DNA of 57,906 nt from Thermoplasmatota archaeon (GTDB taxonomy: Archaea; Thermoplasmatota; DTKX01; DATEUP01): assembly GCA_035283065.1 (NCBI GenBank), contig DATEUP010000100.1, positions 1-57,906 of the forward strand. The letters run 5' to 3'. Below the pieces are notes generated by a model. It was not told where the DNA came from, did not search any database, and saw only the letters and a list, made by a program, of their open reading frames with translations. The translations under genes were made by a program, and so were the position numbers. Shown piece by piece: positions 50,710-57,906 of the stretch (position 1 is the stretch's first letter; the number at the start of each line of letters is the position of its first letter).

Positions 50710-52277
50710 TGCGGGCCCTTGCCCTCGCGCCACGCATCGGGGTGGGTCGGCCCTTCAGCCCTTCGACCCCCGTATGGGAACCCATAAGTAGCGCGCGCGG
50801 GGCTTTTCGAGCGGGAAACGCGGTGGGCGCGCGCGTTCTGGCCGGCTCCTCGAAGGCGCGCCCGGGTCTCGCCCTCGGCCTTGCGCTCGCGGTGCTCGGG
50901 TCGCTCGCCGTCCCGTCCTTCGGGGCGCCGAGCGCGTACATCCTCGACGTGGAGGTCCTTCCAGTCGACCTCAACGCCAACGACCTCTTCGATTACCTGA
51001 ATATATCGGCAATCCTCGACGTGCCCCAGGCCGGCAGCTACCTCGTGGGCGTGACGCTGCGCTGGCCTGTCACCGGGACGGAGGTGGCTGCAAACTCGTC
51101 GCTCGCGTCTTTCGCGGCGGGCGCCGCGCGTTACACGCTGAGGATCGACGGCGCCTCGATTGCCGAGAAGCAGCTCGACGGCCCCTTCAACCTCACGGTC
51201 GACCTCCTGTCCTCTCCGTCCGGCCCCGTGCGGGACTCCGCCTCGTTTCCGACGCCGCTCCTTCGTGCCAAGGACTTCGAGAGGCCCCCCCAGGCCGGCA
51301 GGCCCGAGCTCGAGGTGGGCCCTTCGGCCGTCCAGCTCGCCTCGCCCTCGATCAACGCGAGCGTGAACCTCTCGCGACCATCGGTCGCCTGGGGGCCGCG
51401 CGCTGCGGGAGGGGCGGCGCCGGCGTTTGAGGCGACGTTCCCGAGCGTAGTCGCCTTTTCCGATGACGGCGACCACGCCTATGAGCCCAGCGAACTCGCC
51501 TGCAGGGCGGACACGGGCGTGGGGCCCTGGTCGATCGCCGCGCTCGAGGTGGGAGCGTCTTCCGACCTCGGTTTCGCGATCCGCTTCACGCTTGCATCGC
51601 GGGTGCGTTTCGAGGGCCCAAGCTGCCCGACGCCCATCGGGGCGAACGCCTCGATCGCGTTCCTCATCGCCGAGCGCGGCGGCGCGGTCGGGGGGCCGAC
51701 CCCCTACCCGCTCGAGGGCGGCCTCGAAGTCAAGGTCGACTTGAGGCTTTCGCCGGACGGCAGGCTCCCCGGGTCCGACCTCGCCTTCGAGGTCGCGCTG
51801 CGCGACCTCTGGGGTAACCACTCGTTCCTCCTGCGCGGCCCCCAGGGGTTCGAGGCGGTCGACCCGGCCTCCGCCAACCGGCCGGTCACGCCGCTTGCGC
51901 CCTCAAGGCCCTTAGACCTCGAGCGCATCGGTTTCCTCGACGCCCAGGGCGCACCCCGCGGCCACTTTGCGTGGCTGGCGCTGGGGCAGGAGACCCTCAC
52001 GACGGGCGCGCAGCGCACGGTGCGCGTGGCGGCCTCGAGCGGGCTTGAAAACCGCACGCTCGGGCTCTTCCTCGCGGTGCCAAACGACGCCGCGCTTGAG
52101 TCCGTGACGCTCGACCCGGCGGTCGGCGTGCCCGCGGCCGTCCGGCCCCCCGCCACGGGGGACGGGACGCCGGAGCCTAACGTGGAGAAGCCCTCCCTCA
52201 CGGTCTTCGTGGGCGCGCTTGCCGCGGTGGCGGCGATGTTCTTCTTCTCAGTCTACGCGCGCGCGAAGAAGTACTGA
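50709..52277 (+). CDS. Secreted/anchored protein translationally coupled to the TSP3-repeat gene.
   Basis: 522 aa from the ATG at 50709 (TGATG overlap). The signal-like segment is LALGLALAVLGSLAVPSFGAPS. The C-terminal TM segment is LTVFVGALAAVAAMFFFSVYARAKKY. I recognise no family. Confidence 0.7.
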   Translation: MRALALAPRIGVGRPFSPSTPVWEPISSARGAFRAGNAVGARVLAGSSKARPGLALGLALAVLGSLAVPSFGAPSAYILDVEVLPVDLNANDLFDYLNISAILDVPQAGSYLVGVTLRWPVTGTEVAANSSLASFAAGAARYTLRIDGASIAEKQLDGPFNLTVDLLSSPSGPVRDSASFPTPLLRAKDFERPPQAGRPELEVGPSAVQLASPSINASVNLSRPSVAWGPRAAGGAAPAFEATFPSVVAFSDDGDHAYEPSELACRADTGVGPWSIAALEVGASSDLGFAIRFTLASRVRFEGPSCPTPIGANASIAFLIAERGGAVGGPTPYPLEGGLEVKVDLRLSPDGRLPGSDLAFEVALRDLWGNHSFLLRGPQGFEAVDPASANRPVTPLAPSRPLDLERIGFLDAQGAPRGHFAWLALGQETLTTGAQRTVRVAASSGLENRTLGLFLAVPNDAALESVTLDPAVGVPAAVRPPATGDGTPEPNVEKPSLTVFVGALAAVAAMFFFSVYARAKKY

Positions 52278-52362
52278 GGAGGGGGCCGAAACCGGCCTGC
52301 TACCTCCCGAGGACTTCCTTGTCGCGCGCGTGGGGCTGTGGGCAAAAGCGGAGGACGAACGG

Positions 52363-52632
52363 ATGACCGGAGCATTGGAAGTGGTGCTTTCAGCAAGCGT
52401 GATCGTGCTGTCCCTTGGCCTTGCAGGGACGACCTGGCTCTCGCTCCACAGGACGGGCAACCGCCGCCTCATCTTCGTCACGGCCGCCTTCCTCGCGTTT
52501 TCCCTGAAGGGCGTGCTCACGGCGGCCGCACTCTTCACGGCGCTCGTGCTCGTCCCGGTGGACGTCGTGCTCCTCGGCCTGGACCTCGCGATCCTGCTCC
52601 TGCTCTACCTTTCGCTGATCATCACGAAATGA
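52363..52632 (+). CDS. Small membrane protein (3 predicted TM segments).
   Basis: 89 aa from the ATG at 52363: MTGALEVVLSASVIVLSLGLAGTTWLSL...LIFVTAAFLAFSLKGVLTAAALF...VVLLGLDLAILLLLYLSLIITK. Confidence 0.55.
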   Translation: MTGALEVVLSASVIVLSLGLAGTTWLSLHRTGNRRLIFVTAAFLAFSLKGVLTAAALFTALVLVPVDVVLLGLDLAILLLLYLSLIITK

Positions 52633-52737
52633 AGGGGAAACGGAGGGAGGTGAGAGCATAACATCGCAAGACGGCGCGGTTGGGGGAAGCACGCGCCGTG
52701 GGTCTTGAAAGTCGCAGGGCGCAAGGGAGGTGAGCGG

Positions 52738-53412
52738 GTGCAGGGCGGTCCGGTGGGCGAAGGAGGCGAGCCGGAGGGCCCGCCTCAGACGCCCCCGCCC
52801 CCAAGTCCCCCGGCCGGGGAAATGCCCGCCGAGGCGGTGCCGGCAGCGCCGGCAGTGCCGGCAGCGCCGGCTCCGAAGCCCGCGCGAGGCGCCCGCACGC
52901 CGCCCCGGTCGACGCGCCAGATCATCTTCGAGTTTGTCCGCGACGCGCCCGGGACGCACCTGCGGGGGGTCCAGCAGGCCCTCGCCCTGCCGCTCGGGAC
53001 CGTCGAATACCACCTGCGCGAACTCGTGCGCCTCGAGCTTGTCACAGAGCGCGAGGACGGGATCTACCGCCGGTACTTCGTGGTCGGACAGCTCGGCGGG
53101 GTCGACCGCGAGCTCCTCGGGGCGCTTCGCCAGGAGATCCCGCGGCGCATCGTGATGCACCTCCTCCTTAACCCGGGGCTGAACTTCGGGCAGGTGCGGG
53201 AAAGCTTCGAGATCTCGGGCTCCACGCTGCACTACCACCTCAAAAAACTCGAGAAGCGCGGGATCCTCCAACGGCGGCGCGAGGGCCGCGAGACGTTTTT
53301 CTGGGTGCTGAACGAGCGCGAGGTGGCCAAGGTCCTGCTCGCGCACAAGAAATCGTTCGGCGACGACCTCCTCGACGCGTGGGCCCTCACTTGGGACCAA
53401 ATCCGCCCGTGA
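52738..53412 (+). CDS. Tandem winged-helix (ArsR-like x2) transcriptional regulator.
   Basis: The GTG at 52738 is preceded by AAGGGAGGTGA (the track start at TTG 52705 is also possible). It has a Pro/Ala-rich N-terminus. The wHTH domains are IIFEFVRDAPGTHLRGVQQALALPLGTVEYHLRELVRLELV and IVMHLLLNPGLNFGQVRESFEISGSTLHYHLKKLEKRGIL. The architecture matches the cytoplasmic half of 34827-36242. Confidence 0.8.
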   Translation: MQGGPVGEGGEPEGPPQTPPPPSPPAGEMPAEAVPAAPAVPAAPAPKPARGARTPPRSTRQIIFEFVRDAPGTHLRGVQQALALPLGTVEYHLRELVRLELVTEREDGIYRRYFVVGQLGGVDRELLGALRQEIPRRIVMHLLLNPGLNFGQVRESFEISGSTLHYHLKKLEKRGILQRRREGRETFFWVLNEREVAKVLLAHKKSFGDDLLDAWALTWDQIRP

Positions 53413-53458
53413 GCCCCGGAGCGAAAGGGTCAAGTGGCCCTTTGCCCACAGCCTCCCC

Positions 53459-54115
53459 GTGACCCGGAAGATCGTGACCTGCCAGGAGTCGCGCCAGGAG
53501 GTTGTGGCCTCCGGGTGCCACTGCGGGGCGGCCGCGCAGTACGAGCAGTCGCTAAAGCTCGGGCTCATCGTGCTGTCGGACACCGAGACGGTCCCGGGGC
53601 TCCACGCGTGGTTCGAGTCCGAGGCCGCGATGGACCGCCTGTGCGCCTTCAAGGAGCGGCCGCGCGACCAGTTCATCTACCTCTTCCCGGACCTCGCCTC
53701 GATCGAGACGCTCGCGGATGTTTCGGCCGTGCGCCTTCGCGGGCTCGAGCGGCTCCTTTCGAGTATGCGGTCGCCGATGACCATGGTCTTCCCGAGCCAC
53801 GACGAGGACGAGACCACGACGGTGGCCGTGCGCGTCGTGTCCCACCCTTTCCTGCGCGCGGTGCTCCGGGGCGCCTACCCGCTCGCCTCTACGAGCGCGA
53901 ACAAGCATGGCGCCGCCGCGCCCGAGTCCCTGCGAGACGTGTCGACGCAGGCGCGCGACTCGGCCGATGTCGAGGTGCGAACGCAGCTCCCGTCAGCCGG
54001 AATCCCCTCGGCTGTCGTCGACTTCGCTGTGCGCCCCGTGACGCTTCGGCGGCCGGGGGCGCTCAATGAGGGGGAGTTCCGCGCGGCCCTCAAGGCCTTT
54101 GAAGTCGTCCCGTGA
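53459..54115 (+). CDS. YrdC/Sua5-family L-threonylcarbamoyladenylate synthase (YrdC domain only).
   Basis: 218 aa. Motifs are LIVLSDTETVPGLHA, AFKERPRDQFIYLF, PLASTSANKHG and PSAVVDF. Confidence 0.75.
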   Translation: MTRKIVTCQESRQEVVASGCHCGAAAQYEQSLKLGLIVLSDTETVPGLHAWFESEAAMDRLCAFKERPRDQFIYLFPDLASIETLADVSAVRLRGLERLLSSMRSPMTMVFPSHDEDETTTVAVRVVSHPFLRAVLRGAYPLASTSANKHGAAAPESLRDVSTQARDSADVEVRTQLPSAGIPSAVVDFAVRPVTLRRPGALNEGEFRAALKAFEVVP

Positions 54116-54171
54116 CACCCGCGTCACCCCAAGGGCTTTTTCCCCCCTCGCGGGTGGGGGCGCCTCCCCCC

Positions 54172-55080
54172 ATGCCTGAAGACCTGAAGCTCACGGACGA
54201 AGCCATCGAGAAATGGCGGGAAGCCGGGAAGATCACCTCGAGGGCCCGGGAGCTTGCCGCCTCTCTCGTGGTCCCGGGCGCGAGGCTCGAGGACGTGGCC
54301 GAGCGGGTCGAAGGCTTCATCCGCAAGCAGGGCGCGAAGCCGGCGTTCCCGCTCAACTTGTCGGCCGACCACCTAGCGGCCCACTACTCGCCGGACATCG
54401 ACGACCCCTTGAGGTTCGTGGCCGGCCAGCTCGTGAAGGTCGACATCGGCGCGCACGTGGACGGCTACCCGGCCGACTCCGCGATGACCGTGGAGGTGGG
54501 GGGCCAGCGCCGCTACGGGGACTACGTGCGGGCGTCCCGCGAGGCGCTTGCCGCCGGCGTCGAGACGATCGGCCCGGACGTCAGCCTCTCGAAGGTCGGC
54601 GAGGCGATCGAGCTCACGGTAAGGGCCTACGGCCTGCGGCCGATTTCGAACCTCACGGGCCACCTGATCCGGCGAAACGAGCTCCACGCCGGCAAGTCGG
54701 TGCCAAACGTCGGCGGCCACAAGGGGGACTTCGCGCGAGTCGGCGAGGTCTTCGCCATCGAGCCCTTCGCGACGAGCGGGGACGGGGAGGTCGTGAACGG
54801 CGAGCCCGGGAACATCTACAGGTTCCAAGGGGTAAGGAAGGTCAAGGACCCGGACGCGGACCGCCTCCAGAAGGCGATCGCGCGCGAGCACCCCTCGCTG
54901 CCGTTTGCCGCGCGGTGGTGCCGGACGCTCTGCGATTCCCCCAAGAAGAGCGTGAAGGCGCTTCGGAGCGCGGGCGTGCTCTACGCGTACCCCGTGCTCG
55001 TGGAGAAGGCAGAGGGGCCCGTCTCGCAGCACGAGCACACGGTCATCGTGGCCGCGTCGGGCGCGCAACTCATCACTTAA
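54172..55080 (+). CDS. map: Methionine aminopeptidase, type 2 (archaeal).
   Basis: 302 aa from the ATG at 54172. Motifs are AFPLNLSADHLAAHYSP, VKVDIGAHVDGYPADSA, TGHLI, FAIEPFAT and HEHTVIV. Confidence 0.9.
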   Translation: MPEDLKLTDEAIEKWREAGKITSRARELAASLVVPGARLEDVAERVEGFIRKQGAKPAFPLNLSADHLAAHYSPDIDDPLRFVAGQLVKVDIGAHVDGYPADSAMTVEVGGQRRYGDYVRASREALAAGVETIGPDVSLSKVGEAIELTVRAYGLRPISNLTGHLIRRNELHAGKSVPNVGGHKGDFARVGEVFAIEPFATSGDGEVVNGEPGNIYRFQGVRKVKDPDADRLQKAIAREHPSLPFAARWCRTLCDSPKKSVKALRSAGVLYAYPVLVEKAEGPVSQHEHTVIVAASGAQLIT

Positions 55081-57604
55081 CGGGAGGGGGCGCTTTCGAG
55101 GCCGGCCGCGGCGCCGCGGCCGGGGGGCGGGGCGAGGGCGCCGCGGCGATCCGGGGGCCTTTGAGGGCCCGCCTTCCAAGCACGGCCGCAAAGAGGGCCA
55201 AGAGGACGAAGGGCAGGATGATCAGGAACGCCAGCTGCCACATGCGCCCGAGGATCGCCATCGAATCGAGTTCGACCACGACCGTGACCGGCGGGTTGAG
55301 CTCCCAGACATTCGTGCGCGTGATCGCGCGCGCAAGCGTCACCTTGAGGTCCCGCTTGTCCCCGTTGAAGGCGCCGGAGGGAGCGCTTACCGTGATGTTG
55401 ACGGGGAAGGACTCGTAGGGGCGAAGCGTGAGGCGGCCGTTGAGGTCCGTGCCGTTCTCGTCCTTGATGGCCACCGTCCATGAGGGGTCAGCCTTCGCGC
55501 CGTCGTAGAGCGCGACCTCGTAGTCCACAAGGACCTGTGCGTTGCCTGCGCTCACGATGTACCCGGAAAGGGTGACCGTGCCGCCCTGCGCAGAGACCCT
55601 GGACGGGCGCCCGTCGAGGATGAGCGAGTAGGACGTGACGGTCTCCACGAGGATCGAGAGGTTGAGTTGGGCCACCACGGAGGGGTTGTGGTCGACCATC
55701 GCGAAGAGCGTGAACGTGTACGTGCCCGCGCGCGCGTGTGCGGGCGCCTGCACGGTGATCGTGATCACCTGGGACGAGCCCGGCGAGGCCGCCTTCGGGC
55801 AACAGCCGATCGGCGCGGGCACCGTGATCGCGCCGCCGTCGTTCCCCTGGATGGTCTGGGGGTTGAAGGGCGCCTCCGTGACCCCCATGTCGCTCCCGGT
55901 CACCACGTGCTCGTTGAGGGGGTCCGTGTTGGCAATCTCGACCTGGATGTCCACGTAGCCGCCCGGCGGAACCTCGGGCTTGGGGTCGGGCGAGATCCGG
56001 GTGAGCTCGATGCCGAGCAAGAGGTGGGTCGTCGCGACGAACGTTGCGGTCGCGGAGGCGTTTTCGACCGCGCGCGCGGCGACCGTGCACTCGAAGGTCG
56101 TGGCGTTGCCGGACTCGGCGGGCGCATAGCCCTCGAGCGTGAGCTGCCGTTCCCCGCCCGCCTCGACGGAGGCGAAGCGCCATGTCCCCCCTTCGTCGAC
56201 GAGGCCGGCACCGGCAAGGGCACGGTCCCAACCCGAGGGGGGTGCCGTCGCGTTGAAGACGATGTCCGTCGCCTTGCCGCCGTTGTTGCGGACGGTCGTA
56301 GAGTAGGAAGCGGTGCCCCCGAGCTTCACGCTCGAGTCCGTGCGCGGCGGGTCGAACACGAGCGTGATCTCACTCTGGATGATCGTGGTCGTTGTGAGGG
56401 TCGCGCGGGCCTTCAGCGGCGAGGGGTCGGAGCTTGCCTGCGCGATCACGACGATTTGCGTCGAGTTGCCCGGGCCGATGGATGCCGAAGGGGTAATGCG
56501 CAAGGTCGTAGCGCCAGATGCGGCGGCGTCGAGCGGGATGTTGTTGCTCGTGAAGGTCGCCGACCACAGGGCGGGGACCGTTTCGGTTACAAGGAGCACG
56601 GCCGTCGCCGACCCCCCGACATTCGTGACCGTGAGTTCGTAGTCGGCGGCCACGCCCTGCGTGGTGTAGCGCGTCGCGCTGTCGCCGACTTGGTCCTGCG
56701 TCGTGATCCGCAGGCCGTAGTTCACGAAGCTGAAGCTCACGGTGGCGTTGTACGAGTGGCCTTGCGTGTCGTTGACCTGGACGAGGGCCGTGTAGGCGCC
56801 GGCGGTCGAGGGTGGGTAATTCCAGTTGAAGGTCCAATTGCCGGCCGCGACCACGCCGGTCGCGTCGGCCACCAGGCCGCCCTGCGGGTCGCGCACCTGC
56901 ACGGTCACCCGGGAGATGAGGGCGTCCGTGAAGGCGTTGCCGAGTGTGCCGCTGAAGAACACCGTGCGGTTGGCCGGGAGGTCGTTCGGGTAGAACGCGC
57001 TCGTGGGGCCGGCGGAGTTCGCGGTCTGCGCGGTGGGCGCGACGGGGTCGGTCACGCGGATAGCGATATGTGCATTGCGGAAGTCACCGGTCGAGAGCTG
57101 GTTCGGGCTCGTGACCTCTAGCGCAAGCGTGTGCCCCTTCAAGACGGTGCAACCCACGCGACCCGAGCTGAAATTCAGGTTCCAGAGGCCGTTGAACGGT
57201 GGCGCGCCACGTGCGATGGAAAAGCTCTCCTCGGCCAGGACGAAGTCGATGTCCAGCACCCGGATCGTAAGGTTGACGCCGGCGGAAAATGTGTTGAACC
57301 CCAAGCTGAGCTGCACGGCAAACCCCTGCCTACCGCTGCCGATGTCGACGCCGTCAATGCAGAGGTCCTTCTGTAGCCCTTCGGCCGTACGCCACACCCT
57401 TGTGGTGAAGACCTGAGGCGCGCCCACCTCATTCCCGTTGCCCGCCATCGAAAGCGTGTCATCGCGGTGGATCCACAAGGACAGGTCGACCGGCGTGCCG
57501 GCAAGAGCCGTGGGTGCGGCCCCGGCCGCCGGGAGCAGCACAAAAGCCGGCAGCATGAGCCACGCGACCGACAGGGTCGCCAATCGCCGACGACGGGGAG
57601 CCAT
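55073..57604 (-). CDS. Large surface protein with an Arg-rich (Tat-like) signal peptide, multiple NEW3/CARDB-type Ig-like domains and a C-terminal TM anchor.
   Basis: 843 aa from the ATG at 57604 (MAPRRRRLATLSVAWLMLPAFVLLPAAGAAP). It has repeated ...YELTVTNVGGSAT...-type beta-sandwich units. The C-terminus is LAFLIILPFVLLALFAAVLGRR plus a Pro-rich tail. The track start at 57814 would read through the tRNA gene. Confidence 0.8.
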   Translation of the reverse strand: MAPRRRRLATLSVAWLMLPAFVLLPAAGAAPTALAGTPVDLSLWIHRDDTLSMAGNGNEVGAPQVFTTRVWRTAEGLQKDLCIDGVDIGSGRQGFAVQLSLGFNTFSAGVNLTIRVLDIDFVLAEESFSIARGAPPFNGLWNLNFSSGRVGCTVLKGHTLALEVTSPNQLSTGDFRNAHIAIRVTDPVAPTAQTANSAGPTSAFYPNDLPANRTVFFSGTLGNAFTDALISRVTVQVRDPQGGLVADATGVVAAGNWTFNWNYPPSTAGAYTALVQVNDTQGHSYNATVSFSFVNYGLRITTQDQVGDSATRYTTQGVAADYELTVTNVGGSATAVLLVTETVPALWSATFTSNNIPLDAAASGATTLRITPSASIGPGNSTQIVVIAQASSDPSPLKARATLTTTTIIQSEITLVFDPPRTDSSVKLGGTASYSTTVRNNGGKATDIVFNATAPPSGWDRALAGAGLVDEGGTWRFASVEAGGERQLTLEGYAPAESGNATTFECTVAARAVENASATATFVATTHLLLGIELTRISPDPKPEVPPGGYVDIQVEIANTDPLNEHVVTGSDMGVTEAPFNPQTIQGNDGGAITVPAPIGCCPKAASPGSSQVITITVQAPAHARAGTYTFTLFAMVDHNPSVVAQLNLSILVETVTSYSLILDGRPSRVSAQGGTVTLSGYIVSAGNAQVLVDYEVALYDGAKADPSWTVAIKDENGTDLNGRLTLRPYESFPVNITVSAPSGAFNGDKRDLKVTLARAITRTNVWELNPPVTVVVELDSMAILGRMWQLAFLIILPFVLLALFAAVLGRRALKGPRIAAAPSPRPPAAAPRPASKAPPPVK

Positions 57605-57683
57605 ACGCGTACTCGCGCCAGAAGGCACGCGGGGCAAATAGGTTTCGCAACTTGCCGAAGGTCTGGCGAGGGGGTGAGCGGAA

Positions 57684-57755
57684 ATGCGGCCACCGGGATT
57701 CGAACCCGGGTTTAGAGCTTGGGAAGCTCCAGTCCTAACCGCTAGACTATAGCCG
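57684..57755 (-). tRNA. tRNA-Gly (anticodon CCC).
   Basis: The minus strand reads GCGGCTA-TA-GTCT-AGCGGTTA-GGAC-T-GGAGC-TTCCCAA-GCTCT-AAAC-CCGGG-TTCGAAT-CCCGG-TGGCCGC-A. It folds as a full cloverleaf with a 7-bp acceptor stem (one G-U pair), a GTTCGAAT T-loop and anticodon loop TT-CCC-AA. It has no intron and no encoded CCA, and TTT follows. Confidence 0.85.
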
Positions 57756-57906
57756 CACGTGGGGGCGCCAGGCCCGGTTGCTGGCGCGGAGCCGCGCAAG
57801 CCCGGTCGGGTCATAAATTCTTTGGGGCGAATGATCGCGGATCCCTCCGGTGGCGCGTGCGGCGGCGCCTCTCAAGTTCGGCGCGCGAAAGGAGGTCCGA
57901 GGCGAG

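Noticed and set aside
45730-50733. A 1667-aa ORF on the minus strand, the longest in the track.
   Set aside because: It is exactly antisense to the TSP3-repeat gene. Its V/R/D/E-rich sequence mirrors the GAC/GGC/GAG codons of that gene. It has no recognisable domain, signal or start context. Its 5' end would overlap the CDP-alcohol phosphatidyltransferase and Fap7 genes.
57605-57814. The N-terminal extension of the surface-protein ORF (track start 57814).
   Set aside because: The extension would be translated straight through the tRNA-Gly gene (57684-57755). A convincing signal peptide starts at the internal ATG at 57604.

Overview
This is a 57.9-kb chromosomal segment that is very GC-rich by eye (about two-thirds G+C), with AT-rich islands only in intergenic promoter regions. 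It comes from an archaeon. The evidence is TBP, aIF2-gamma, eS6, eL43, RpoP, RNase P Pop5, Pcc1, prefoldin-beta, Fap7, proteasome alpha, exosome Rrp4/Rrp41/Rrp42 and one PGF-CTERM surface protein, which points to a euryarchaeal-type lineage. I cannot name the taxon. Layout: (i) 1-7565 is a benzoyl-CoA-reductase-like cluster: a four-subunit BcrC-B-ATPase-ATPase operon, a crotonase and an MDR dehydrogenase fragment on the minus strand, with a MenB/BadI/Oah-like crotonase and an SDR diverging on the plus strand. An AbrB-like/GNAT pair sits between them, and one 20-bp motif occurs at two minus-strand promoters. (ii) purQ, a hypothetical gene, a 1145-aa surface protein, TatD and tbp. (iii) 14388-20077 holds two tandem giant coiled-coil proteins, each ending in a RecA/KaiC-type P-loop domain. 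This is my top candidate for an undescribed system. (iv) 20280-29850 is the archaeal proteasome/exosome superoperon, interrupted by insertions and carrying an Rrp41 with a long [10 protein letters not shown] tail. (v) DUF1877, DHH phosphoesterase and GT2 genes, then an envelope module (PKD protein, PGF-CTERM protein, transmembrane double-wHTH regulator). (vi) The aIF2-gamma/PIN/eS6 block. (vii) A beta-propeller plus coiled-coil stalk surface protein, an HDAC, a CBS x4 protein fused to a RaiA/HPF-like domain, Fap7 and a CDP-alcohol phosphatidyltransferase. (viii) A 1375-aa TSP3-repeat protein, an anchored partner, a small membrane protein and a double-wHTH regulator. (ix) YrdC, MetAP2, another large surface protein and tRNA-Gly(CCC). 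I saw no rRNA, CRISPR array, transposase or integrase. Many long ORFs in the supplied track are antisense or out-of-frame shadows, as expected at high GC. All family assignments come from motif recognition by eye, and no database search was possible.
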